A stretch of 64,000 nt of DNA from an uncultured Candidatus Rokubacteria bacterium (GTDB lineage: Bacteria; Methylomirabilota; Methylomirabilia; Rokubacteriales; DASRDR01): NCBI GenBank assembly GCA_963826115.1, contig CAWGVS010000005.1, positions 96,001-160,000 of the forward strand, written 5' to 3'. The translations under genes and the position numbers were made by a program. Positions 8,958-17,531 of this stretch are shown here, in pieces (within the stretch, counting starts at the first letter, position 1; the number at the start of each line of letters is the position of its first letter). The notes below the pieces were generated by a model. That model had not been told where the DNA came from. It was given only the letters and a program-made list of their open reading frames with translations, and made no database searches.

Positions 8958-10037
8958 ATGCGTGACGGAGGCTCAAGAATGCGGATAAGATGCTCCGCTC
9001 GCCGACGACTCTTCGGATCGTTCGCCGATACCGATGTGGCGACTGGGAGCGCGCGCCGCATCCGCGATTCGGCTCGAAGGCGATTCGCCCGGTCGAGTCC
9101 GCGTCTCCTCGTGCTCGGCGCATGCATCTGCTTGGGCGCGTGCGGCGAGCCGGGGTCGGGCAGCCGCGCCGTCGGCGCTCTTACCGGGTCCACAGCGCTC
9201 CCCGAAAGTACGCTCCCAGCCGACCGAGGAGCTGCCGAGGCGCCGCGGCCGCGCAGCGGGCTCAGCCAGAGCGCCGCTCCCCCCCGGGTACAGCACGTGA
9301 TCACGGTGGTCCTCGAGAACACGGACTACGAACAGGCGCTCGCACAGCCGTTCCTGGCCCAACTGGCGCGCAATGGAGGGCTACTGACCAACTACTCGGC
9401 CGTCACACACCCGTCCCAGCCCAACTATTTCGCCTTGACCGCGGGAAGTACGTTCGGAGCGTCCAACGACGGTGTGACGCTCGATGCCCGTCACATTGGC
9501 GACCTGGTAGAGGCCAAGGGGAGAACCTGGAAGGCCTACGCCGAGCAGTACCGGGGGCAGTGTGATACGGGGGCGACATCTGGCAACTACGTGCGACGCC
9601 ACGAACCGTTCATCAGCTTCAAGAACGTCCAGTCGAACCCGTCGCGCTGTCAGCGGATCGTGAACGCGGCTCAGTTGCAGACGGACGTCACCCAGGGCAC
9701 GCTGCCGAGCTACGCCCTCTACGTTCCGGACCTCAAGAATGACGGCCACGACACGGGCGTCGGTCGGGCCGATCGATGGCTCGCGTCGACGTTCGGGCCA
9801 TTGCTGCAGGACCCGCGCTTTCGCCAGAACACTCTGCTCGTGGTGACCTTCGACGAAGGACAGCGGGGGAATCACGTCTACACCGTCGTGTCGGGCGATG
9901 CCGTGGCGCCGGGATCCACATCGAACGCCCCGTACAACCACTTTAGCCTCCTGCGGACGACGGAACAGGTCTTGGGGCTGGGCACCCTCGGCCAGGCTGA
10001 TGCCACCGCGCCGGTCATCACGGGGATCTGGCACTGA
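8958..10037 (+). CDS. Phosphoesterase-family protein (acid phosphatase/phospholipase C-like), probable lipoprotein; start uncertain
   Basis: HVITVVLEN, THPSQPNY, RHEPF, NDGHD, VTFDE, YNHFSLLRT; LGAC lipobox. Confidence 0.85.
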   Translation: MRDGGSRMRIRCSARRRLFGSFADTDVATGSARRIRDSARRRFARSSPRLLVLGACICLGACGEPGSGSRAVGALTGSTALPESTLPADRGAAEAPRPRSGLSQSAAPPRVQHVITVVLENTDYEQALAQPFLAQLARNGGLLTNYSAVTHPSQPNYFALTAGSTFGASNDGVTLDARHIGDLVEAKGRTWKAYAEQYRGQCDTGATSGNYVRRHEPFISFKNVQSNPSRCQRIVNAAQLQTDVTQGTLPSYALYVPDLKNDGHDTGVGRADRWLASTFGPLLQDPRFRQNTLLVVTFDEGQRGNHVYTVVSGDAVAPGSTSNAPYNHFSLLRTTEQVLGLGTLGQADATAPVITGIWH

Positions 10038-10051
10038 GTAACAAGCTCGCC

Positions 10052-10150
10052 GCTCCGTTCTTCCTGTCGGCCAGTTCGTGCTGGCAGGTTGCGGGGGCGC
10101 TCCTCTTCCTTTCGCACTCGATCCTCGACGGCTGCGACGGCGAGTTGGCT
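10052..10150 (+). pseudogene. Internal fragment of a CDP-alcohol phosphatidyltransferase
   Basis: Reads APFFLSASSCWQVAGALLFLSHSILDGCDGELA; the DxxDGxxAR signature is cut exactly where module B' begins. Confidence 0.65.
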
Positions 10151-10269
10151 CCTTGACGGGGCCTGCCCCGAACGCGTACCGCCGGATGACGCTGGCCGGA
10201 GCGGGCTTCATCCGCCAGCCCCCTCTGGGGGCCGAACGGCCGAGAACGGGTTTCATGTTGCCTATCCCC
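10150..10269 (+). repeat. Repeat module B, copy 2
   Basis: Direct repeat of 6450-6569. Confidence 0.9.
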
Positions 10270-10272
10270 CAG

Positions 10273-10567
10273 GACGGCGGCCGGCGATGCGCGGAACAGG
10301 GGGAGGACGCAGTCGCTGAGCCCCGGAGCGGCCGAGCGAGCTCCTGCTCCGGGCCCACGAATGCGGCCGGCCGCGGCCAGCACCCGCCTCTGGGGCGGCG
10401 GCTTCTGGCTCGATTCGCTCGACCTGCTGGACCTCATGCTGGCGTGCGACGCGACATTCGGAGAGCGCCCCGCGATCGGCGATGGCGAACGTCAAGACGG
10501 TCGGCGACCTCGTCGCGATCGTCGAGGCCCGATCCCGCCCTTGACGGCCACGCTCGGGCTGACCGCC
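10273..10567 (+). repeat. Repeat module A, copy 2 (ACP-like ORF frameshifted)
   Basis: Direct repeat of 6127-6436; lacks the 11 nt cccggtgttcc present in copy 1. Confidence 0.9.
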
Positions 10568-10586
10568 AGGGAGCGCCCGCCGCCGG

Positions 10587-11957
10587 TCAGAACTGGAGCG
10601 CGCTCAGCATGGCGTCCGCCCGGGCGTCGGCCTCGGTGAGCGGCGCCAGATCGAAGCGCTTCTCGATGAGCCGGAGGATCGAGGTCGTGTCGTAGGACGT
10701 GTGGTCCACGAAGCCCCGCTTGGCGAAGGGCGACACGATGATCGTCGGGACGCGGGTGCCCGGACCCCACCGGTCGCGCACCGGCGGGGCGACGTGGTCC
10801 CAGAATCCGCCGTTCTCGTCGTAGGTCACGATGACCAGCATTTTCGACCACTGCGGGCTCTTCTCCAGGCGCTGCAGGATCTCGCCCGTGTGCCGGTCGC
10901 TCGAGACCACGTCGCTCGCGCTCGGATGCTGGTTGATGCCGCGTCGCGGCTTGTAGAAGGCGACGGCCGGCAGGCCGCCGCGGTCGATGTCGGCGAGGAA
11001 GTCCGTGAGGTCCTTGAGGTGCCTGGCGCGGTCGGGATTCCCTTTCTGGAACCGGGCGAAGAACGCGAACGGCTGGTGATGGAAACTGAACGTCCCGCCC
11101 GGCGCCGTGCCGGCCTCGGCCTCGTTCCAGCCCCCGGTGTACCAGGCCCAGTCGATGCCCTTTTCGCTCAGGCGGTCGCCGATCGTGGGCATGGTCTGCA
11201 CGGGCAGGAGGAGCGCGCGGTCGAGCTGCAGGTTGTGCGGGCCGCCCACCGGCTCCATCGTGTTCACGCCGAAGCCGTCGGGCGTCACCGCGCCGTCGGA
11301 GACCATCGTCCCGGAGGCGTCGAGCCGCGCCACGATCCGCTGGGGCGCCTCCCGGTACACTGGCGTGCAGGCGCAGACCAGCCAGAAGTGGTTGAGGAAC
11401 GAGCCGCCGAACGCCGCGTGGAAGAAGTTGTCGGCGAGCGTGTATCGCCGCGCGTAGTCCCACAGCATGAGTCGCGACGCGTCCCAGTGCCCCATCGCAT
11501 AGCCCTTGGCGTCCGAGATCAGGGCGAAGCGATTCATCTTGCCGCCGTTGATCTGGGCCTGCTGCTGGTAGTACGCGTGGATCAGGCTGCCGAGCTGCTG
11601 ATCCGGGCGGTAGAAGCGGTCCAGGGAGAAGGCCCCGTTCGGGAGGCGCTCGGTGATTCGCGCGTAGGGGACGGGCGGACTCGGGCGGAGGTCGAGCGGC
11701 GGGGGGAGGAACGCGTACGGCTGGTCCAGCCCGTCGACCTGGATCGCCGCCGCGCCGGCGTTGGCGAGGCCGTTGGCGCCCGGGAACGCGCCGAAGAGGT
11801 GGTCGAAGCTCCGGTTCTCGAGATAGATGACGACGACGTGCTCGATCTTGGCGAGGCCGTCGAGATCCTGGGCGCGGGTGGCCACGCAGGCGAGCAGCGC
11901 CAGTCCGGCGCCGGAGAGGAGCGCGCGGCCGAGCCACTTCCACGCGACACGCGTCAT
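10587..11957 (-). CDS. Secreted acid phosphatase AcpA / phosphoesterase family
   Basis: HVVVIYLENRSFDHLFG, LADNFFHAAFGGSFLNH, YDENGGFWDHV, GPGTRVP; signal peptide. Confidence 0.9.
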   Translation of the reverse strand: MTRVAWKWLGRALLSGAGLALLACVATRAQDLDGLAKIEHVVVIYLENRSFDHLFGAFPGANGLANAGAAAIQVDGLDQPYAFLPPPLDLRPSPPVPYARITERLPNGAFSLDRFYRPDQQLGSLIHAYYQQQAQINGGKMNRFALISDAKGYAMGHWDASRLMLWDYARRYTLADNFFHAAFGGSFLNHFWLVCACTPVYREAPQRIVARLDASGTMVSDGAVTPDGFGVNTMEPVGGPHNLQLDRALLLPVQTMPTIGDRLSEKGIDWAWYTGGWNEAEAGTAPGGTFSFHHQPFAFFARFQKGNPDRARHLKDLTDFLADIDRGGLPAVAFYKPRRGINQHPSASDVVSSDRHTGEILQRLEKSPQWSKMLVIVTYDENGGFWDHVAPPVRDRWGPGTRVPTIIVSPFAKRGFVDHTSYDTTSILRLIEKRFDLAPLTEADARADAMLSALQF

Positions 11958-11997
11958 GAGGCCTCCGTTCGCCCGGGACCGTCCCGGATGTCCCATC

Positions 11998-12585
11998 CTA
12001 CCGCGGCTCGTCGACGTCGCTGGACGGGGCGGCGCCGGGCGGCGATGGCTCGCCGCGCGCCTCCGGCACCAGCTGGTGGAACAGGCTCGACTCCCGCATG
12101 TAGAACCCCTGCGTGTGGAAGGAGTCGGCCAGCTTCAGGTAGCGGTAGTCGATGTGGTGGCCGAGCTCGTGGAGCAGGGTCCGGAGGTAGGTCCGGAACG
12201 CCACCACGCGCCGCTGCCGCGCCGTCCGCATCCAGAGCTGGACCTTCGGGAGACGCCGGTCCGTCGTGTAGAGGCCCTGGAGCTCGCCCCAGTGGCCGTG
12301 CGGACGCGCGGCCAGCACCTCGACGCGGCAGGGGCCGATCCCGAAGGCGCCGGTGAGGGCCGTGAACAGCATCTGCGACGCGACCTGGATCGCGCGGCGG
12401 TCCTCGGACATGAGGGCGGCGTCCAGCGCCGCCACGTGCCCGTGGAGCCCGGCGGCGCCGGGCAGGCGCAGGCTCGTGACCGCGTCACTGTCCCGGTAGA
12501 TGCGCTGCTGAGCGCGGGTCAGGCGGTCGTAGTAACCGAATCGGCGCGGCGGCGGGGGCTTGTCAGGCACGGCGTCGTCGAGCAC
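11998..12585 (-). CDS. Hypothetical protein with HExxH zinc metallopeptidase-like motif
   Basis: RTLLHELGHHIDY...SFHTQGFY. Confidence 0.65.
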   Translation of the reverse strand: MLDDAVPDKPPPPRRFGYYDRLTRAQQRIYRDSDAVTSLRLPGAAGLHGHVAALDAALMSEDRRAIQVASQMLFTALTGAFGIGPCRVEVLAARPHGHWGELQGLYTTDRRLPKVQLWMRTARQRRVVAFRTYLRTLLHELGHHIDYRYLKLADSFHTQGFYMRESSLFHQLVPEARGEPSPPGAAPSSDVDEPR

Positions 12586-12644
12586 CGGCCGGACCCCTCG
12601 CGCCTGACGGGGCCCGGCCGGCGTCTGATCGCGCGCTCAGCGGC

Positions 12645-13781
12645 TCAGTAGGTCTGCCGCCCGATGAAGGCCCACTTCCCGTCCTTCACCTGGAGGTACA
12701 CCTGGTCCTTCGCCTCGCGCTCGCGCTGGTCGTTGAACGAGAAGGTGCCGGTGACGCCGCCGAACGTCTTGGTGGCCGCGATGGCGTCGCGGATGGCGTC
12801 GCGGTCGGTCCCGGCCTTCTCGATCGCGCCCAGGATGATGCGCGCGGCGTCGTACGTGGTGGCGTGGTACGGCTCGGGCTTCTCGCCCGGGTGGAGCTTC
12901 TGGTACATGGTCACGAAGTTCCTGACGACGGGCGCCGGGTCGTCGGCGTTGAACTCGGTGTTCACCGCGAGCCCCTCGGAGTTGCCCTTGCCGGCGAGCT
13001 CGATGAACTTGTCCTCGTAGAGAGTGCCGGTGCCGACCAGCGGCGCGGTGATCCCGAGGTTCCGCGCCTGGAGCGTGAGCAGCGCGCCGGTCGTGTAGTA
13101 GGTCAGGATGGCGAGCGCCTCGGGGTTGGCCGCCTTGACCTTGGTGAGCTGGGCCTTGAAGTCGGTGTCCTTGTCGTTGACGACCTCGAGGGCCGCCACG
13201 CGGGCGCCAAGCTTCTCGAGCTCCTTCACGAAGTAGTCCTTCGTCTGGATGCCCCAGTCGTTCTGGACGTACACGACGCCCACGTTCTTCTTGCCGAGCT
13301 TCTTGACCGTGTACTGGGCGAGGTCGGGCACGTAGACGGAGATCGGCGACCACATCCGGAACATGTACTTGCCGCCCTGCTTGGTGAGCTCCGTGTGGGA
13401 CGCCGACGGCGTGATCGTGGCCAGGCGCGCCCGCGTGTAGATCGGGATGGCCGCGAAGCAGGCCGACGAGGAGTAGTGGCCGAGGACCGCCAGGATGGCG
13501 TCGTCCGAGGCGAACTTCTGGGCGACGGTGGCCGCGTCCTTCGGGTCGCCCTTGTCGTCCTCGACCCGGATGACGACCTTCTTGCCCTTGATCCCGCCCT
13601 TGGCGTTGACCTCGTCCGCGGCGAGCTGGGCGCCCTCCGAGAACTGCTTGCCGATCTGGGCGAGGTTGCCGGTCATGGGGGCCGCGACGCCGATGACGAT
13701 GTCCTGGGCGGCGGCGGGACTCGCCGGCAGGGCGGCCGCCACGGCCAGCAGGAGGATTCCGAGGACACGCAGCATGCTCAT
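12645..13781 (-). CDS. LivJ/LivK-type ABC substrate-binding protein
   Basis: Signal peptide, IGVAAPMTG, EVNAKGGIKG, EDDKGDP, GHYSS, FGGVTGTFSF. Confidence 0.9.
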   Translation of the reverse strand: MSMLRVLGILLLAVAAALPASPAAAQDIVIGVAAPMTGNLAQIGKQFSEGAQLAADEVNAKGGIKGKKVVIRVEDDKGDPKDAATVAQKFASDDAILAVLGHYSSSACFAAIPIYTRARLATITPSASHTELTKQGGKYMFRMWSPISVYVPDLAQYTVKKLGKKNVGVVYVQNDWGIQTKDYFVKELEKLGARVAALEVVNDKDTDFKAQLTKVKAANPEALAILTYYTTGALLTLQARNLGITAPLVGTGTLYEDKFIELAGKGNSEGLAVNTEFNADDPAPVVRNFVTMYQKLHPGEKPEPYHATTYDAARIILGAIEKAGTDRDAIRDAIAATKTFGGVTGTFSFNDQREREAKDQVYLQVKDGKWAFIGRQTY

Positions 13782-13791
13782 GTGAGTCTCC

Positions 13792-15096
13792 TCACGCGGT
13801 TCGGGTTCGGGGACGGGGGAGCAGGGTGTCTCGATCGAGGACCCGCCCTCGCACGACCACCGTCCGGATGGCCCGGGCGTCGGCCAGGCGGCGGAGCGGG
13901 TTGCCGGAGACGAGGACGAGGTCGGCCTGGGCGCCCGGCGCAATCCGGCCAAGGTCGGACCGTCCGAGCGTGTCGGCGGCCGCCGCCGTGGCCGCGCGCA
14001 GGACGGCGGCGTTCGACAGCCCGGCCGCGCGGAGCCGCAGGAGCTCCTCGTGGTAGAGGAACCCGGCGCACGGCTTCAGCGCGTCCGTGCCGACGAGGAC
14101 CCGGCCGCCGAGCCGCGCGTAGTCCCGGATGAAGCGCTGGTAGCGGGCGCGGCCGCGCGCCCACTCGGCGAAGTCTCGCGCCGTCCACGCGGCGCTGAAG
14201 AAGCGCTGGCCGAGCCAGCCCAGGAGGTCCCGCCGGGCGTCGGCCGGCAGGCGCCGCGTGTCGCCGTCCCGCCGGACCCGGGCGGTGTACCGGCCCAGGA
14301 TCCCGTCCATCCCGGCGAGCGTCGGCACGAGGTACGTCTCGTACTTCAGCATCTGGTGGCCGAGGCGCTCGAGCCGCCCGCGGTCGGCCCGGGCCCAGAG
14401 GCGCCCGAGCATGGCGGAGCGCTCGGGGATCGACCGGTACCGGAGGAGCGCGGTCTCCGGAAGCGCGCCGGGCGCCTCGGGGAGCCGCGAGGTGTTCTCC
14501 AGGCCGTCGAAGCCGAGGGACACCGCCTCCCGGGCGGTGAGGCTCCACGTCTGCCCCGTCACGCCGATCCCGTGCCGGTGCGCCTCGTCGACGGCGGCGC
14601 GCGCGACCTCGAGCGCCGGCTTCTGCGTGAGGATGATCCCGTCGACCCGGTACTCCGCGCGGAGCCGCTGGACGGCCAGGCGCGCCTCCGCCGCCGAGTA
14701 GAGCGGCCACGACATCGCCGGGTAATCGGGCGAGACCCCGTCGAGGAGCGGGCCGAGCGAGAAGACCCGGGGACCGGGCGCGCGGGCGCTCTCGATGGCC
14801 TCGCGCAGCGCGAGCACGGCGTCGGGATCGTTCCCGGCGAAGCGGACCGTCGTCACGCCGTTGGCGAGGTAGAGGCGCGCCCCCAGCTCGGAGACCAGGT
14901 GCGAGTGCATGTCGACGTAGCCCGGGAGGAGCGTGCCGCCCCGGCCGTCGATCACCCGGGCCTCGCGCGGGGTCGTCAGCTCGCCCACGACCACCTCGCG
15001 GATCCGCGCCCCTTCCACGATCACCGACGCGCGCTCGATCGCGTTTTCCGACACGCCGTCGAAGACGCGCACGTCCCGGACGACCAACAGGCTCAC
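13792..15096 (-). CDS. Amidohydrolase superfamily protein
   Basis: IDGRGGTLLPGYVDMHSH, NGVTTVR, VGTD, GRIAPGAQADLVLV. Confidence 0.85.
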   Translation of the reverse strand: MSLLVVRDVRVFDGVSENAIERASVIVEGARIREVVVGELTTPREARVIDGRGGTLLPGYVDMHSHLVSELGARLYLANGVTTVRFAGNDPDAVLALREAIESARAPGPRVFSLGPLLDGVSPDYPAMSWPLYSAAEARLAVQRLRAEYRVDGIILTQKPALEVARAAVDEAHRHGIGVTGQTWSLTAREAVSLGFDGLENTSRLPEAPGALPETALLRYRSIPERSAMLGRLWARADRGRLERLGHQMLKYETYLVPTLAGMDGILGRYTARVRRDGDTRRLPADARRDLLGWLGQRFFSAAWTARDFAEWARGRARYQRFIRDYARLGGRVLVGTDALKPCAGFLYHEELLRLRAAGLSNAAVLRAATAAAADTLGRSDLGRIAPGAQADLVLVSGNPLRRLADARAIRTVVVRGRVLDRDTLLPRPRTRTA

Positions 15097-15189
15097 GCGT
15101 CTCGACTCATGCCGGACGCCCTCGGGGGGGCTGCGCGGGATCAGCCGGGGCGCGCTCGCCGGCCAAGCGTCTGCGCGAGCGGGAGACCG

Positions 15190-16107
15190 TCACCAGGGGG
15201 CGGTCCATCCGGCGGCGGCGAGCGTCTCGCGAGGAATGATGAGGCGCGCGGCCATGACGGGCCGCGGCGACGTCCCGATGCGGAGCTCGCCCACGATCGA
15301 GAGGAGCATGTACGCCTCCTCGGGATCCATGCCGGCGCCCTGGGCGACGACGTCGATGGCCGCCCGCGTCGCGTCCTCGGTGGCCTCCTCGACGCTCGGG
15401 CCGAAGCCGAGCACCTGGACGGTCCCGTCCACCTCGACGATCGGCCGCGCGATCGCCAGCCGCTTGCGGAGGGTGATGCGCGCCCGCACGGTCGACGTGC
15501 ACTCGACGCCGGTGCCGGTGACGATGCCGTCGCTGATCGCCGCGTGCGGGTCGGCGAAGAAGACGAGGGCGCCCGGTACCATGACCGGGAGGTAGACGCG
15601 GCTCCCTGCCTTCACGTCCTTCTGGTCGAAGTCGCCGCCGTAGGGCCCGGCGTAGGACGGCTTGTAGCCTTCCGGCGGCATGGTCGATACCGTGCCCAAG
15701 TTGGGGTTCAGCGGGATCGGGATCCGCCCGCCGAACCAGGCCCGCCCGTCGCGCACCGGGCAGGCGATCGCCTTCGGCTCCCCGTACTCCTTCCGGAGCA
15801 CGCCGAAGTCCCGCAGGATCGCGGTGATGCCGTCCGTGTGCGGCGTGATCTCCAGGAGATCGATCGCCACGGCGTCGCCGGGCTCGGCCCCGCGGACGCG
15901 CACCGGCCCGGCGACGGGCGCCAGCGGGTGGCCGTCGCACTCGGGGGTGAACGGCGTGGGCACGTCGCGGATGTCGCGGACGTCCGCGAAGGCGCCGCGG
16001 ACCACGAGGGTCACCTCCTCGCCCGAGTCGATCGTCAGGGCGGGGGGCGTGTCGACGTTGACCGAGAAGAGGTACCAGGTCCTGGGCTCGGCCGCGCCGC
16101 CGGTCAT
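15190..16107 (-). CDS. Acetamidase/formamidase (FmdA/AmdA) family protein, divergent
   Basis: GPVRVRGAEPGD, GGDFD, YLPV.VPGAL, DPHA..SDG, EEAYMLLS. Confidence 0.8.
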   Translation of the reverse strand: MTGGAAEPRTWYLFSVNVDTPPALTIDSGEEVTLVVRGAFADVRDIRDVPTPFTPECDGHPLAPVAGPVRVRGAEPGDAVAIDLLEITPHTDGITAILRDFGVLRKEYGEPKAIACPVRDGRAWFGGRIPIPLNPNLGTVSTMPPEGYKPSYAGPYGGDFDQKDVKAGSRVYLPVMVPGALVFFADPHAAISDGIVTGTGVECTSTVRARITLRKRLAIARPIVEVDGTVQVLGFGPSVEEATEDATRAAIDVVAQGAGMDPEEAYMLLSIVGELRIGTSPRPVMAARLIIPRETLAAAGWTAPW

Positions 16108-17114
16108 CGCGACAGCCCTCCCGTCTCCCGGAGGCGCCCGAACACCGCCGGGTTGACCACGCGGTCCGGCCACTCGCCGCGGAGCACTGCGGCCGCCTGC
16201 TTGCTCGCCACGCGCGCGGACAGGGCGCCCGACTCGGTGGACTCGCCCCCGGCGTGCGGCGTCGCGATGACGTTCGGCATGCGGAGGAGCGGGTTACCCG
16301 GGTCGGTCGGCTCCTTCTCGAAGACGTCCAGGCCCGCGCCCGCGATCCAGCCCTCCTGGAGGGCGCGGGTGAGCGCGGCCTCGTCGATGACCCCGCCGCG
16401 GCAGCAGTTGACGAGGTACGCCGTCCGCTTCATGGCCCGGAGCTCGCGCTCCCCCAGGAGGTGCCGGGTCGCCCCGTTCAGCGGGACCTGGACGGACACC
16501 CAGTCCGACCTCGCGAGCAGCGCGTGGAGATCGCCGACCATCTCGACGCCGAGCTCCCGCGGCACGTGCTCCTCCACGTGGGGGTCGTAGGCCACGACGC
16601 GCAGCCCGAACGGCTGGAGTCGCCGGGCCAGCGCCTCGCCGATCGCGCCCAGGCCGATGAGCCCCGCGGTCTCCCCGTCGAGCGTCGTGATCGGCCGGCC
16701 GGCCGGGCGGTCCCACACGCCCTGCCGCATCGCCCGGTCGTACTGCACGATCTTCCGGTTGAGGGCCAGGATCAGGGCGGCGGCGTGGTTCGCGACCTCG
16801 AGGTGGCAGATGTGCGCCGCGTTCGTCACCAGGATGCCCGCGCGGGTGGCGGCGTCCAGGTCGACGCCCTCGAACCCGTGGCCGAACCCGCAGATCACGC
16901 GGGCCCGCTCCATCGCCGCGACCATCGCGGCGTCGACCCGGAAGCCGCCGATCATCACGACGTCGGCGCCGCGGACCGCCTCCCGCGCCTCGGCCGGCGT
17001 CCGGCACTCGACGGAGACGATCTCGACGTCGATGCCGTCGAAGGCGGGCGGCCAGACCTCGTACGGGAACATCTTCGACGAGGGGTGGACCAGCACGACG
17101 CGAGGCTTGGTCAC
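16104..17114 (-). CDS. D-2-hydroxyacid dehydrogenase (SerA/CtBP-like)
   Basis: GLIGLGAIG, VNCCRGGVIDE, GAGLDVFEKEP, TPHAG. Confidence 0.9.
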   Translation of the reverse strand: MTKPRVVLVHPSSKMFPYEVWPPAFDGIDVEIVSVECRTPAEAREAVRGADVVMIGGFRVDAAMVAAMERARVICGFGHGFEGVDLDAATRAGILVTNAAHICHLEVANHAAALILALNRKIVQYDRAMRQGVWDRPAGRPITTLDGETAGLIGLGAIGEALARRLQPFGLRVVAYDPHVEEHVPRELGVEMVGDLHALLARSDWVSVQVPLNGATRHLLGERELRAMKRTAYLVNCCRGGVIDEAALTRALQEGWIAGAGLDVFEKEPTDPGNPLLRMPNVIATPHAGGESTESGALSARVASKQAAAVLRGEWPDRVVNPAVFGRLRETGGLSR

Positions 17115-17141
17115 GTGCTCGCTCCTTTCGACGACGGCATG

Positions 17142-17531
17142 TCAGCCGGCGGTGGAGTAGGCGCAGCGGCCGATCGCGACCACCGCGTCGTTGGCGTCCC
17201 GGAGCTCGACGTCGGCCACGCCGACCGTGCGGCCGACCTTGACCGCGCGGGCGAGCGCCCGCAGATCCCCGCGCCGCGCGGGACGGAGATAGTCGACACG
17301 TAGGTCGATGGTCGGCACGCCGCGGCCGAGCTTCGAGGCGATCGCGTAGTCGCCGGCGATGTCGATCAGAGCCGAGATCACGCCGCCGTGGAACCAGTCG
17401 GAGCCGTCGGCGCGGCCCAGCTCGTCCCGCCACGGGAGGCGCATCTCGACCACGCCGTCCTCCGCCCGGACCATCTCGAGCCCGAGGAGCCGGTGGAACG
17501 GCGAGCGGTCGACCTCGAGATGGGTGGTCAT
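17142..17531 (-). CDS. PaaI-family thioesterase
   Basis: FHGGVISALID, TIDLRVDYLRP. Confidence 0.9.
   Translation of the reverse strand: MTTHLEVDRSPFHRLLGLEMVRAEDGVVEMRLPWRDELGRADGSDWFHGGVISALIDIAGDYAIASKLGRGVPTIDLRVDYLRPARRGDLRALARAVKVGRTVGVADVELRDANDAVVAIGRCAYSTAG

Noticed and set aside
6127-10567. Insertion sequence, composite transposon or integron
   Set aside because: No transposase or integrase, terminal inverted repeats, target-site duplication or attC-like sites were recognised; reported only as repeats.
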